DNA of 64,000 nucleotides. Source: Bilabrum cf. latius (Eukaryota). The notes below the pieces were generated by a model. It was not told the DNA's origin and searched no databases. It was given only the letters and a program-made list of their open reading frames with translations. How positions within the stretch are numbered: position 1 is the first letter of the stretch; every line of letters starts with the position of its first letter. Of the stretch, positions 49,801-63,900 are shown piece after piece. The stretch is taken from positions 310,001 through 374,000 of the forward strand of contig OZ237754.1 of assembly GCA_965178125.1 (NCBI GenBank), in the 5' to 3' direction. Made by a program: the position numbers and the translations under genes.

Positions 49801-52342
49801 CCGCAGGCACGAGATCCACATGTCAAGCGCAGTGCTAGGCATGATCAAGCAGCAGTCCGAGTCCGAGAACCTAAAGGAAACCATCTCGAAAATCGAGGGC
49901 AAGGAGGCGGAGGTGTTGGGGGCCATGGAGTCGGCGCAGACCATCGCAGCGGAGACGTCCCAGCTGGAGGCCGAGCGCGCCAGGCTGCTGGAGCAGGTCG
50001 CAGCCAAGCGCCGGAAGGTAGCCTCTCTATCTCTGCCCGGTGGCAGCGAGTTCAAGAGGCAGCAGCTGCAGCAGATCGCAGATTTTTAGAAGAAGAGGAG
50101 GGAGGATGCCGAGGCCGAGTACGGCAAGGTGAATGCACTTCTTCTTGACCTGCTGACACAGCTCCGGGACGGGTTTGGGGCCGTGGATGCAGACGAGGAG
50201 GAGGCCATGGTGCACCAGGTTCGCCACCGAGGTTCCTTCCGCGAGGCAGGCGGCGTCCACGGCGTGTCCCCTGTTACTGGCCACAATAGCGAGTCGCCTT
50301 GGCAGCGCGATCTGACAGAGGGCGTCGGTCTCGCTCCGCAGTCCGAAGGGGGTTATCCCTTTGGGCAGACACCCACTGCGGCGGGAGCCGCCGCGACGCT
50401 CAACGGGGGTTCCTGGGCCACTGGGGCAGGTAATCCGCCCACCATGCAGAAGCGCCTGGCTCGCAAGGTTAGCTTGCTTGCTCTCACGAACCACATGTCC
50501 CAGGTAGCCCAGCAGGCGTCAATGCGCCGATCTCCGTCCTTCGCGAGAGGCCTCTCCAGCCGTGCGTCCGTGTCGAGCATGAGCAGGTCGAGGTCGAAGC
50601 GAATGGGCAGGAAGGCTTCGTCTAGGATGAGGACCAGCAGCGTGGAGTCCGTTGGGATGGGAGAACGCGTGTCACCTGGGTCAACCAGGAACGTGCGTGG
50701 TGTGCCCCGCCGCGGAAGTCCGTTGCGGAACCAGTCAACCGCGTCCCCATCTGAATTCTCGGGCGGTGCTCGGACCCCTTCTCCTGCCGCCATCGGCGGG
50801 CAGCGCTTCCACTTTGACGGTGGCAGTCAGCACAAGTCAAAGGAGGAGCCCCGCGCCGGCGGTCGGAATCCGAGGCACGCGGGCACGAGTCCTGCCATCA
50901 AGGCGCACCGGGACTACACTGTGGGTGGCTCCAGTGCCCGTGACGATGAGCATGGGTTGCAGCACGTCGCCATGGTGGCCGGCGTGTCGCTGGCGTCGAG
51001 CGATGGCGACGATGCCATCGTTGCAGATGGCACGGCCGACCTCGGCATAGGAGGCGGCAGCAAAGCCAGTTCCAACGGGTCGGTGCACAGCGATGCGCAC
51101 GACGCTGGAACGGGCAGAAGCAGCAGCAACAGGGCTCGTAGGCGTGGCAGCAAGAGCAGCGATGAGGCGTCGATCGACCGCCTACTCTCCAAGGTCAAGG
51201 CAGGGTCTGAGTCGTTCCGGGAGAAGCCGCCCAAGAACCGACCGTCTGTGCTGGACACGGCACCCAAGCCAAGGAGGAAGCGCATGTCTCTGGACGCGGG
51301 CATGCTTGGTGCTCGATCGTCTCTGCTCTCCATCGCTGAGGAGGACGAAGACGAGGAGGCGGAGGAAAGCGGGGACAGCGGGGGGAGAGCTCATGCAGCG
51401 GGTGGCAGCGAGCCTTCCAAGGGCACGGAGATGAAGAGGAAGAAGAAGAACAGCAAGAAACCGATCGCTAAACCAGAGGCACCTGCAGATGGAAGTGCAG
51501 CAGCGAGCCGGCGCAAGCGCAGGCGATCCATCGGAGCACCGGGTGCGGGAGCCGAGATGTGCATGCTGCGCACGGGTGACATCTCTTCTGTCGAGGCCAA
51601 GAAACTAGACGCTCAGGCCGCTGCGCGAGATGCTGATATTCGACGCAGCCCGCAGAACAGGAAGCGCGGTGCGCGGAATCGCCGGCGGTCGATCGAGCGC
51701 GCCGTGGTGGACTCGGCCAAGGGTTCTGACGCTCCTAAGGGGCTCTTGGGGCTGGGGCTGCAGATCACCGCGGATCAGATCGCGCAGCACGAGCACACCA
51801 GTCCCAGGGAGGGGCAGCATCACCATCACCAGCACCAGGGCAAGCACAAGCATCACCACAAGAATAAGAAGGCCGGCAAGGACGGGAAAGGAGGCGCCGA
51901 CAAGGGCAAGGGCAAGCGCAGGAGATCGAGCCACCAGGGCCAGCCCGATATCATGCCCACCGCAAGGGGTCCTGGCAACGATAACGACGACGAAGACATG
52001 GGCCTTGGTGCACTGGGTGCCGTGATGATCGGGACGTCGTCGGCAGAGAGCGAGCAGTACCTGGCCGAGGGCAGCTCGTACTACACGGACGGTGCGGGGG
52101 ACGATTCGGACGATTCGGACGGCGGCGAATCGAGCGGAGACAGCGTGCGAACGGCCAACAGTGGCGGGGCGAGCGGGCTGGCCGGAGTGTTCCAGCCGGA
52201 CATGCTTGATCTGGCGCAGAGCAAAGGTGTCGAGCCGAAGACTCTGCGAGCGTGGCTCGGGCAGATGGAGAGTCTGCTCACCGAGGTCACGACCATGGAG
52301 ACCCTCGTCCAGAACAAAGAGCAAGGCATTGGGTATCAATGA
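46838..52342 (+). CDS. Large coiled-coil/low-complexity hypothetical protein (~1834 aa, TAG=Gln)
   Basis: Six ORF-track pieces lie in one 5.5-kb frame interrupted only by 9 TAGs; TGA stop. No recognisable domain. Confidence 0.75.
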
Positions 52343-52365
52343 TTGGATGCCAGCGAAACTAAGTG

Positions 52366-52641
52366 TCAATAGTCAACGCTGGAGCTCAAACCTGCGACCG
52401 CAAGCCGCGTATCCAGGCCTTTCAGCAAGTCGTTGATCTTGGGGTGGCCAAGCGACCTAAACGACTCAACAATTCGGGCTGTCAGCCTCAACCTACCGGC
52501 CAGTGCTCTCAGTATAATCTCGCAGGAAACCTCATCAACACCAGACAAATCTGTCTCCTCGTTGAAGTGCGCCAGTACCTTCTCGAGGCACATGTAGTAC
52601 AGGCTGGGCACAGTGAATCGCTCCTTTGAGTCAGCACTCAT
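52366..52641 (-). CDS. Small hypothetical protein with a BC-box-like N-terminal motif
   Basis: MSADSKERFTVPSLYYMCLEKVLAHF; VPSLxxxCxxxV resembles Elongin-C-binding boxes. 91 aa, TGA stop. Confidence 0.5.
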   Translation of the reverse strand: MSADSKERFTVPSLYYMCLEKVLAHFNEETDLSGVDEVSCEIILRALAGRLRLTARIVESFRSLGHPKINDLLKGLDTRLAVAGLSSSVDY

Positions 52642-52855
52642 CGTTCCAGTGGCGGCATCTACACGGTCAAGCAAATCGATGCATGAAGGACTCCAGCATT
52701 GGGTCGTGTGTCCACTTCTAATTCTTGCCGAGGCGGCTGCCCGGAGATGGCCGGTTTTAATCTTCTTCTTGAAAGTTCAACACGGGAGATGGCCGGTCGC
52801 AACCAACAGCCGAAACGTTTGCAGCTTGCAACGCACCAAAAATCGAAGACCAGCA

Positions 52856-54212
52856 ATGGATTCCAAGAGAATGTTGTCAGGATCGTCTGTTGCAGCGATG
52901 ATGAACCCTCGAAGAGCTGAGCAGCAGAGGCGACGCAAGGCTCGTGAGAAATCGGCACAGTTTCACTTGGCGGCCGTTTACACAATTTCGTTGTGGGAAG
53001 CGCTTGAATTAGTCGTTATTGAAGCATACATGCCGTACACACCGATACAATTACCATGCAGGTCTTGGGAAGGATGATGGAAGCCGCGACTTTGTTCGAT
53101 CGAACGCAAGGGCCGCTCAAGAGATTGCTCGCCGCCGTGAAGAGGCGTTGCGTGCCCGCGCTGCGGCTAAAGAGCGCGAAGAACACTCAGGCAGATGGAA
53201 GATGGATAAATTCAAAGACGTCCAGCCCAAGTTGGGACGCAAAGGCCTTAAGTCTGGGGCTAGCAGACATTCCCCAGCAGAGGCGAGAGACTAGCAGTCG
53301 CCCAAGCCCTTCCTTCACCGCGCCTCAAAGTCTGGAGCCGAGATCGAAAGCTCCCCACCCCCTGCCAGGTATGAAAGACCCGTGTCATCTCCCAGAAAGC
53401 CCGGCGTTCCTCGGGCGGGCGACGCGCTCCCTGCCCCGAAGAGGCCGCAGCGAGACATCATCCGTGAGAACGCGGTCGGGACCATCCGCGGGGAAGCAGC
53501 AGCGCTGGCTCCCTCGGCACGGGCGCGCGCGGCCGCAGCCCGCAGGACAGCACCAAATCAGTCCCGCGGTGGATTCGGAGAGGTGCCCGAGTACCTCAAG
53601 GCGAGGCAGCACCGGTGGGCGAGGGAGTAGGCCGAGGCCGAGATGGCGCTGGGTGACCCTGGGTGCCCCGAGGGGATGAGGAAGGTGCCCGACGGTGAGA
53701 GGAGAGAGACCCTGGAGCTGCTGCGGGTGCGCCTTGGAGAAGCGCAGGGAGACCTGGCCAGGGCGCCGCGCGGCGCCGACTCGATCTCGGCTCGGAGGTT
53801 CCGCAAGGGGCTCGAGGATCGGATCGAGGAGCTGGAGGAGGCCATCGCCGTGTTCTCCAAGAAGGACGTGCTGGTGGAAGACCCGGAATCGAAAGGAAGG
53901 GAGGGGGAGGAAGCGCGCCGCCGGCCGCTGGAAGCGGTCAGGAAGGGGGCAAGAGGCGCGCGAGGATCCGGTGGTGCCGGTGCCGGGGGCCGCACGGCAG
54001 GGAAGGGTGGGCGGGAGGTGCAGCCGCGGGTTCCCTCCCACCGGGTCGGTGCAGTCGGCCGGCGGGCGGGCGCAGGTGGCGCCAGTGGCCCCGCGCGAGG
54101 GGTTCGGCGGGGTGCTCGCGGCGGGCGGTCGCGAGCCGCCGAGGATAAAGAGGAAGAAGAGGAGGAAGATTTTGGGCCTGTGATCTCCAACGTTCCGGCG
54201 GGGGTGTTTTAA
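52856..54212 (+). CDS. ENKD1: Enkurin domain-containing protein
   Basis: join(52856-52943,53062-54212). RDFVRSN, WKMDKFKDV, GEVPEYL...DPGCPEGMRKVPDGERRETL...LEDRIEELEEAIAVFSKKDVLV. TAGs at 53292 and 53628; TAA stop. Confidence 0.8.
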
Positions 54213-54344
54213 TTGTCTTGCAACTCGCATAATGTTGATCGGCGGAGCAGCTTAGCTGCAGTTGCACTTCGAATCACAAGATCCGAGTCGATCGCTGCGA
54301 CATCGAATGATGAAAACACATTGCCACACGCTTCCGACGCAGTC

Positions 54345-57071
54345 ATGAAGCCATTTTACATTATCAGTGTCGTATTGTTCGCTATGCTTGCACTGCCTCG
54401 CACGGCAGTGTCTATTTCGCCATCTGATGCTCCGCGGTACTTGGCGGTCAAGCGGCGCGGCTTTGTATTTGGAGCTGGAGAATTTGGGCCCGCGTCTATA
54501 AGCCTTGATGGCCCAACCTCACGCGATGCCATGGAGGCATTTGTAAATGCTACGAGCGCGACTCATGTTCGACTCCTTTTTAGTGTCTACATGTCCAACG
54601 AGTCTTCAACGGACGTGTACGCAAAGCCTGCCGGTTCTACCAGGCTGCTGCCCGGATCACCTTTTCGGACCGCATCCCCCGACGAACTTCAGTAGGTCGT
54701 ATCACATGCGGTAAACAAGGGCGTGGAAGTGACTGTTTCCCCGGTGATGGACTACGACTGGGACCTGCTCCAGTCGCGATACAGCGATCCAGCTCTCAGT
54801 ACACAGCGCATCGGCAGTCTTTTTTCGGCAGATGAATGGAAGACATGGTTTGAGAGTTACACGGCCGCAATTACCCCGTTCCTAACTCAAGCGGCAGCGG
54901 CTGGCGCAACTGCCGCGGTGGTGGGATCAGGCCTCGACGCTGCGTTCACCGCGCAGCCGAAGGCCTGGCTGCAGCTGTGCGACCAGATGCAGCAGCACTT
55001 CGAGCAGGTGTCGATTGCCGCAGGCCCTGAATCGTTTGGAATCCTTCCTGCCTCCTTCTGGGACAACGAGGCCATCAGCTACGTGGGACTGGCGGCGTGG
55101 TACGGCTTCCCCAACGTGACCAAGAGCAGCTCACTTGCGGACGAGCTGAGGGACGGCTGGAACGCCCAGGTCATTCCGCAGGTGGAAAAGGTGCTTCAGA
55201 GCATGCAGTCGAACAAGCAGGTAGTCGTTCTGGAGTACGGGGTGCAGTCGCGGCCGAACGCGTTCCAGACCCCCCGCGGCTCCAGGCGCCCGGACGAGCC
55301 AGACTGTTCAGGGTGGCTAGAATGCTACGACATGGACGCACAGGCCGCGGCATACGAGGGATTCTTCCGCGCACTCGCGCCGAAGGAGTGGTTTGGTGGC
55401 GTGTACTGGTGGCTAGTCAGGGCGGATCCATCGGCAGGAGGTACCAGCGACGCCAGCTACACCCCCATGGGCAAGCCAGCCGCTGCCGTGCTGCGCAGAT
55501 GGTACGGCATGGGCAGCAGCGTGGGGCTCAGGCGAGGAGACGCGAGTGCTCTTCCTGGGGGCATGGAGCTGGTGAATTGGCAGGGCACCCGGGCCAACAC
55601 GAGCGGGGTCGAAGCTGAAGCACGGCCAGGTGCGGATGACGCAGGGGCCGGTCAATTCCCAACGCTTCTAGACGAAGCAGCACCAGGCACCACGTCCATT
55701 GTGCGCGCCCACCAGAGGGCTATCTCAGCCGCAGCTGCCGGCCGGGACGACGCCCGCCTGCCTGCCGGCTTGAGGATGCGCAACGACAGCATCAACGGGT
55801 TCGTGTTCGGAGGGGCCGCCGAGTGGTCCTCGCCTGCGTGGAGGTATGACAGCGCGGGGACTGCGGAGAGCCTCCAGATGGCACGAGCCACGGGCGCGAA
55901 CGCCGTGGAGATCATCGTCCAGTGATTCTGTGAGCAGCGTAGATCCAGTGCTTGTTGACCCGCCCTTGACTGCCTAGACCTCCCAGCTAGCGAGAGGCGA
56001 GAGCAGCCGCGTGCGCACTCCCATGCCTCGCTGGAACGCAACGATGCATGCCACGGCCCTCCTTTTCAGCTCTAATGCAATTGCTCCGAACCCCTCGCAG
56101 ACAGGAACAACAACGACACGCTCCTGTACCGAGTTGACAGGCAGGGCTCTACACTCAGGACGGCCACAGCCGCGGAGCTGATCGTTGCTATCCGGGCAGC
56201 CAAGCAGGCGGGACTCCGGGTCACGCTCACTCCGATGATCGACCCGGACTACGACCAGCCGGGCAACTGCAGGCAGTGCAAGTCTCCGCCGGGCCCGGGG
56301 TGGAGGGGGACAGTGGGCGTGTCCTGGGGGACGGATTGCGGCGCTGGCACGCCTTGGGCGCAGTGGTGGAGCACGTACGCTCACGACGTGATATTGCCGT
56401 ATGCCCGGCTGTGCGAGTCGGCGGGGTGCGACGGGTACGTGCTTAGCCACGAGCTGCAGCAGGCGGTGCAGGTGTGTCCTGAGCGGTGGGGCCAGTTGAC
56501 AAAGGACGTGAGGTCGGTGTTCAGCGGAGAGCTCACACACGCGTTCAACGGGCCGATCATCACAGAGTACGATCCCAAGACGATGCAGTGGGTTAAAGAG
56601 CTCGACTACGTGGGGGTCGACTGCTACTATGGTCTGAACCTGGACAAGAAGGGCATCCCCGACCTGCCGTGGCAGAACTACAGCACGGCGCTCGTGAGAG
56701 ATGCCTGGAAAGAATGGGCCGTCAAGCTGGGAGATCTTGCGGCGTCCACGGGTCTGCCGATCGTGTGCACGGAGATCGGCGGGCAGTCCAGGGGTTGGGG
56801 GTACATCGGGCCCGCCTCTAAGCTCGGGATCGATCAGCAGCCTGGCAGACTGGACTGCTCCCGGTGGGCGGAGTGCTTCTCGGAGGGCCTTCAGGCCATC
56901 TATTACCGCGGGATGTTCGAGGAGCTGTACTCGCACGACTGGTTCAGGGGCTTCTTCCTGTGGCTGTGGAGGGCCGACCCCACGGCGGGGGGCCTCAGCG
57001 ACGAGTCCTTCGTGCCGCAGGGGAAACCGGCCACTCTGCAAGTGCTTGCTGATTTCTGGAAACAAGCGTGA
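54345..57071 (+). CDS. Secreted tandem two-domain GH113-like (TIM-barrel) glycoside hydrolase with one in-frame TGA
   Basis: Signal peptide MKPFYIISVVLFAMLAL. Two homologous domains (SPVMD/TPMID; VGLAAWY/VGVDCYY; VLEYG/CTEIG; WFGGVYWW..RADPSAGGTSD/WFRGFFLWLWRADPTAGGLSD). Intron 55930-56100, TAG 54693, TGA 55923-55925. Family assignment by eye. Confidence 0.7.
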
Positions 57072-57974
57072 TTGGTCTGCATCATAGATCGCTTCGCTGC
57101 CACACAACATCAAGAAGTGCTATGCTTCCAAACCGATACGCTGCCGCACTCCAGCAGCACACCACCAATCGGCGCACTGCTTGAGCTCCAGTACGGGCGT
57201 GATACTTGTTAGCTATTCGGATGCAAGCGGTGGTTGGAACTGAACTCAATCACCACTTTTGTCCGGTATCTGCTAAATGCCGTCCGGTATGCGATGGCTG
57301 CCAATCGCAGACTACCTGGTGCACTAAGGTTCGTCTGAGCCGCTCTCCCTCGAATCAACCGATGATACTACCTGCGTGCAATTGATGACGAACTGCTCGA
57401 ATGTAGCAGCCGCCAGCTACCCATACCACGCATGCAATCGCAAGCGGTCAGTCTTTGCCGAAGTATTCCTTTGCAGCAGCCTATACATCGTCCGGGCGTT
57501 TCTCCAGCAGATACTTGGTAAACCCCTGCATCATTGCAGCAACTTCTGGATGATTTCTCAGATATTTCTCATTCGAGATCGATAATTCTACCTGCAGCGC
57601 TGACTGAAACGGCTAGATTTAAAATAGTCTTCCAAGTGTACCAAAAATGACCACAAGCGTGGCTTGATTGACCCACTTTCTTCTTATTCAACAGATCTTG
57701 CTAATCCTTCGACAGTACGGTCTCCCGCACATCCATGTTGCGATAGTTTGGCTCCGACTTCCGCAGAGACGCATTGCGTGGTGTGACTACTACAGGCTAG
57801 CCGGTTGGGGTGTGTCCCTCTGTTAGCCGCTTGCTGGACCTCTTTGGTTATCCAGCGGGCTGTACTAGGGGTTGCACATAGCTTCTTAGCAACAGTTAAC
57901 CCATAACTGTGCCCCGTTCTTCCCACGGTGGCTACTTATGTGCTAGTAGCGGCCTCTGCGACCACGGCGCCTCG

Positions 57975-60900
57975 ATGCTGCGATCCGTTCGGCGCCCGGT
58001 TCCGTTGCTGCAACTGTTGGGACTCCTCGAGCAGCTGGTGCCACAGCACCAGTGCGCCAGGTAGTGCAAGCCAAGTATGAGCACTCGCATTTATTTCCGA
58101 TCCGCTGCGAGCGAGACAGTAGTCTCTGGAACTCACCAGTCGAAGTGGCAAGGTGAAGCTGCATGTGTAGGTGCAGACGCCCGTCAAGGGTAGGAGCTGG
58201 CCAGGACTGGCGATGGGACAGTCGAGGCCATAACTGCAGAAATGCAAGGGCAAGGATCTATATACGTCCAGCCCAAGTCCCACGCGACCATTCAGCAAGT
58301 GGCACGCAGGCTAACTCGATTGCAGCCAACGGAAGCTGCAGCTGAGGCTCGCCGAACTGCAAGGGCGTCAGCTTCAGCGCACCAAGACAGCCGGGAAGCA
58401 CCAGCTGATTATTTATTTCCGGCAACGGCTACTATTGCGAGGCGAAATCAGCTGGGTCGATAGGTTTAGTCTCCGGTAGCAGCACCGCAGCTGCCCCGGC
58501 ACTCGTAGCATTCTGAACGTGGGTTTGTTGCTGTTGGAGCGTTTGGTAGGGCAGGAGATGAGGCATTCAGGCGGGGTATCTGGAATAAATTTGTTCACAG
58601 CGGGCGGAGGTCAGGTTACGCCTCTGACGCTAATATCGGGCATGGCGCCGGCGTAATCTTGGGTGCTTGGAGCTGCTGCCGAAACGTGAATCCAGGTGCG
58701 GTTGGGTGCGTTGAACTGCCAGCAAAACGGGCAAAGTAGTTGGCCGGATTGCTGCAGTGTCGCCGATGCGGGCTCTGGTACGATCCGATGGATGCCACGT
58801 CTGGAAAGCGAGCAGTTTGCATGTACCACCCCCGCGAGCCCGTCTCGAGGCGGTCCCACGGAGCCCCTTTCGGGGACGCTCGATTCCCTTGCTGCGGAGC
58901 AGTCGGCTTTGCGCATTCCAAGTACGCGAGCGAAACCGGGGGCAAGCCCTCTGCCTGGCTGGGTGTGCCTCTCACACCCGCGATGTGGGGCTGCAGGCAG
59001 GCCCCAGCTCACGTACCAGTAGCACCTCTGATGGAGGCTGGGGGCCCGCTGGATCCAATGAAAGGGCCATCCTCCCGCGCAAAAGCATCGAACGGCAGCG
59101 AAACCTGGGCGCTTGCGCAGGTAGTGACCTCCAGCCAGCTCTTTGCGATGGCAAAGCGCAGCCCTAGCAGTGGAAACGAGGCCCCCGCTGCTGGCAGCAA
59201 CAGGAGTCCTCTGGTCAAGCGCGGCAAGAAGCAACCACGTGGCTCGAATCAAGTCATTATTGACCCAGAAGCACGAAAACAGCGCCCGCCTAACAGCAAT
59301 GCAGCTCGCAGCACCGCTGTGGCGGACAAGGACGCACTCAGGAGGCTCTGCAGGGTGACGCTGTCGGCCCGTGCCATGGAGGAGTCATCTTCTCCGGAGG
59401 AGGCCAGGGCGGCTGCGTGGCACGGAGTGCTAGACGTATGTGGTGAAGGTTCTGTCGTGGCGGTCTGGCGAGAACCCAGTGCGGAATATGTACCGGACGT
59501 GCTAGGTGCAGCTGTGGATGGGCTGGGCGGCGGGCTGTTCGGGTTCGGTGGAGACACTGCAGGGGGCCCAGCTGCAGGCGGGCTGTCAGGGGCTGGCCTG
59601 GTGTCGTCGTGTCTCTCTGATTTGCTGCCCTCGCTGGGTGACCGTGTTTCCAGGGAGGACCGCACATTGCTAGAGAGTGCAAAGGAACAAGACAGCATGG
59701 ATGCCGGTGAAGTCGGCATGGCCAGCGGTGGAGCAGTCAGCGAATAGCCTTCAGAACACACTGACACGGCTGATTCTGCAGATCTGAGCTTGTCCCAAAG
59801 CCATGCTGGACGCACACCCTTGCCAAGTGCAGCCCAGAGCGACTCTGAGGCGTGGAGGGCGCAGGTCAGGAGAAGGTGCAAGCCGAGTTGGGACCCGAGC
59901 AGCGAGCCCTCGCAGCGCAACCGGGGACAGGAAGCGTCGCACGGTGCTTTGAGCCTGGAGACTAGCGGCAATGCGGGGACATCTTCGCCCGCCGTGAATG
60001 CCATCGTGTCATCCCCTGCGTGTTGGCTCGTGGAGCTGTCCAAGGGGGAGCACTTGGACCTTCTGCTGGATGCGTGTGAAGCGGACGCAGGGAGAGATGG
60101 ACCAATCGCAAGCGTTGAAGTAGCTACGAGGGCAACGGATGCGGCGGTGTTCGTGCGTTTGGTGCAGCGAAACCGACCAAAATCGGATCGTTCCGACGAA
60201 ATCGACATCAAGCCCACTGCGGTGGGTGGGTGGCTCGTGGCCAGCGAGGTCACAACGGTAGACGATCTAGCGGCGCAACTGTGCGACCGCTTGGCATGGG
60301 GCGGCTCTAGGTCGAAACGAGGCGGTGCTGCTTTCGTTGGTGCTGGAGACATGGCCAGAATTCGCCAATCATCGGCCTCGTTCAGTCTGCCCGGTGAGAT
60401 CGTGGAGCGGGTAGCGTTTGCTGGGGTGCAGCCGCCGCGAGGAGCACCAGTGATAAACAAGGAATCTAGCAGCCTTGGGCCCATTGGGGGGAGGCCGGAG
60501 CAGAATGCAGACGATGAGCGCGGCGCCGCCCCAGTTGACCCTGTTGCCGAGTCGGGGAGCAGCAGCACCGTTCGATTTCATCCGGGAATGTGGAATGCAG
60601 CCGCACGTATACGGCAAGTGCTTAAGGTTGGCACGGCAGAGGTGCCTCAGGTCACCAGGGGAATCAAGCCGTTCGCTTCACCGGCCATGGCAGCTCTCGC
60701 AGCAGAGCCTGCCATCCCGGCAGATCGCCCGGACGCTGCCGTTGCTGCCGGTGTAGACGGCATTGGGTTGCTGCACGAAGACGACCACATTCGAGGGACG
60801 GCAGCTCACATTGCAGCGCGCATGATGGGCGTGCCTGCCAAGCCCGCACCGGTACCCACGCCGGAGGCTCCGGCCCGCCCGGGCTCCCCGCGATACGTGC

Positions 60901-63900
60901 CCAGTCCCAGAGCGCCTGCGCCCAGACTGTCGAAGGACCCCAAAGTGCCGGTGTTGCGCGCAGCTCGGCCAGCCGCACCGCCAGGTGGTCCGCAACGGCT
61001 CGTCACACCCCGTGTGCCGGCTCTCCCATCCAGCAAGGCGCAGACGCCGCGTCGCGCAGCACCGAAGTCCTCACCAAGGCCAGAAGTTGCTGCAGAGATC
61101 GTGTTTCCTGCGACGTTCCGCCCCCCTGGTGTAGTTGCAGGCATCGGCAATGGATTTGGAGACTGGCGTGAGTTTCTTCCTTTGCCATCTGAGCTGGTCA
61201 ATGCTGCTGCACTAGCACCCGATCCATCAGAGCTCGGGCACGAGGTGATACAGGTGCCCAAACCACTATGTGAGGCCACAGCACCAACAGCGCAGCCGCG
61301 GGGCGTACCCATGGAGTGGCTCGCTGCGAAAACCATGGCAATTTCCAGGCAGCTGCCGCCGCCTCCTCTGCCGATCGCGCCGTTCATGACCTCAAAGTCG
61401 CAATCAGTTGTGGGCAAGGCGGCCGCAGCGCCGCGATTCGCTGGCCCTGGCAGCGGGGGAACTGACGGGTCCCGGATGCTGGATGCTGGGGCCGCCAGGC
61501 TGGAGCTGACTGTGCGTGATTTGGCCACTGCCACGCTGCCCCGTATGCAGCCGAAGCAAGCGCCACCATTGCTGGCTCGGAGTGTGATTGCAGCGGGCCC
61601 CACGGTGCTGCGAGAGGTGCTCATGGTAATGCAGCAGCACGCCGGGAGTGGGCCGCGAGTGGCGGCAGTGCAGTCCATGGCAACCGCAAGCACTCTCAGC
61701 AGTGGCAGTCACTTGAGCCCTAGGGTAGCCAAACCACGAAATTCTCTTGAAAACAAGGAAATCACGGGAAAGAACTAGTCGATTGAGAGCAAGAAGATCG
61801 CCCAGCAGCTCCTACCAGTGGCTGGAAACCCCGCAGCCCAAGAGGCTGTCGCCAATGCGCTGCTCCTGCTGGAACAAGGAGACGTGCCCGGCACTCGACG
61901 CGTCCTCCTCGGACTCGCAGGCGCCATTCACCAGCTGACTAGGGGCAGGCGGGACCTGCAGTTTGGCGAGGCGGGCCTGGCTGACGCGATCCAGCGAGGA
62001 TCCAAGAGCCGAGGTGGGCGCACTGCTGGGCTGCAAGTACCGTTCGGACGGTCTGGTCGGATGGAGCTCAGGGGTCCTCTGCCACGATGGGTGGGCGCGC
62101 CGCATCGTGCCGGACTCAACGATCTGCCGTGCGTGCTGTGGCTATCGGGTGCCAGGGTGGCTCCGATGATCATGCCGCTCGGTGCGCGGCCCGCAGCAGA
62201 GGCGAGGAAAGCCACAAGTCTGATGGCGCTGCCTGCGAGACTCCCTGTCGACGATGGTCACAGGCTGCGGCGGGTCTATCCGGCACTCGAGTTTGACGTT
62301 GTCAACACGGCCTCCAAGCCTGTCAAGCTGAGTGCACTGCAGCACCTGGCGGAGGCAGACCAGGCACTTGACTTGCATCGGCGCAGAGCCTACGGATATA
62401 GGCTGTATCTGCCGCCCCGATTTGGCACTAGCATCGATCTGCCCCCTCGCAGCATTACCACGATCACAGCCATTACGGCTGATCCGAACTTCTACAGCAA
62501 GTGCATGATGGCGCGTGTGTCATTGCATTGGCGAGATCCCTCAGGGGACGAGATGGACGCCCTGTACAGCGGGCCCAGGAAGAAATGGTTCCCGCACGAT
62601 CCTCCTGGCCTCCCAAAGCCGGGATCATCGCGAGCGGAGCCGTTCAGGAGAGTAGCCACGCTGCCGCCGCCCCCACCAGAGGCCTAGCCCTGGGCCACGA
62701 GCACGGCGGGTCGACGAACTGCCCAGTGGGCGCGCGACTCGGAGAACGCGCTGGCGACAGGGACCCCTGCCAGCCTTGACCCCACCTCTGGGGTTCGAGA
62801 GGCCGCCAGCGCACCCGGCAGTAGCGGTGATTGGGGTGCTCCCCGGTTCACGAACGGCAGGGCGACGGGTCGCACGCATGAACCGGTCGGCCTTCGTGTG
62901 ACTGCCAAGGACAGGTCGGCAGCATACCGGCCTCGCATGTCCGCAGCCGAGAGAGAAGAAGCCGAAGAGGCTGCTCGTGCGCAGAAGAAGAGAGAGACGC
63001 AGCGGTTAGCACATCATGGGGATGGTGTCTTTGCAGCTGCGGCTGCGGCATCAAGGGGGGCATCCGACCGGATCCTGGCTCCAACGCCTTTCCAAGCGCC
63101 CTGGCAGTCCAGAAGCAAGCGAGCCTCCTCCATGCGAGCACGGTCTGCCGGCAGGTTACGAGCAGTGGACGCCACCTCGCAGTCGAGTCGGCATCGACCA
63201 GGCAGCCCGATCCGTGCTGTGCGTCAGTTTGGTTACGGCAGCACAGAGAGTGAAGAAGATGACCATGACATGGTGGCTGCCACGCAACGGCCGTTCTCAT
63301 AGACGCAGTCTGGGTCAGCCGCGCGAAACGCTCTCGTAGGCAGCGATGGAATCAGCAGTGGGGGCTCGGGCGAAGCATCGTCTGGGTCGAATCGTTCAAG
63401 GCCTCGGCCGCAGAGTGCGCGGATCAGGAGGGGCCGAGACCGGCATGCCTCCCATGCGCAGCCTGCGCAGTCACGTGGTCGACAGAGGCCGCAGTCTGCT
63501 GCGGTGGCACGGCGGCAGCGACACGATTTGCCCCCCACGGATGCAGCATGGGCTGCAGACGCTGGTGATGCTACCTTTGGAGGCCTGGTGGAAGAGGAGA
63601 GCGGCAGCTTGCCAGAAGTAGTCGGTGCCCATGAGTTGGGCAGTCACCAAGATGGCCGATTCGAGGAAGCCATGGCCATCGCGATCCTGGCAGGGAAGGG
63701 CAAGGACGGAGCGGGGGGCAGGCCACCGAGTGCTTCCACCAAGACAATCACCACGGCGGGGGGTGGAAGGCACCGCGGGCGCACACCAGCCGCAAGTCCG
63801 ATGGTGCCGCCATCAACAGCCGCTCAAAGACGTCGCCCCTAGTCTGCCCGAGTGCGATCTCGCCGCCTGGTGGATTCGCACGAGTCCAACGCTGCGGGCA

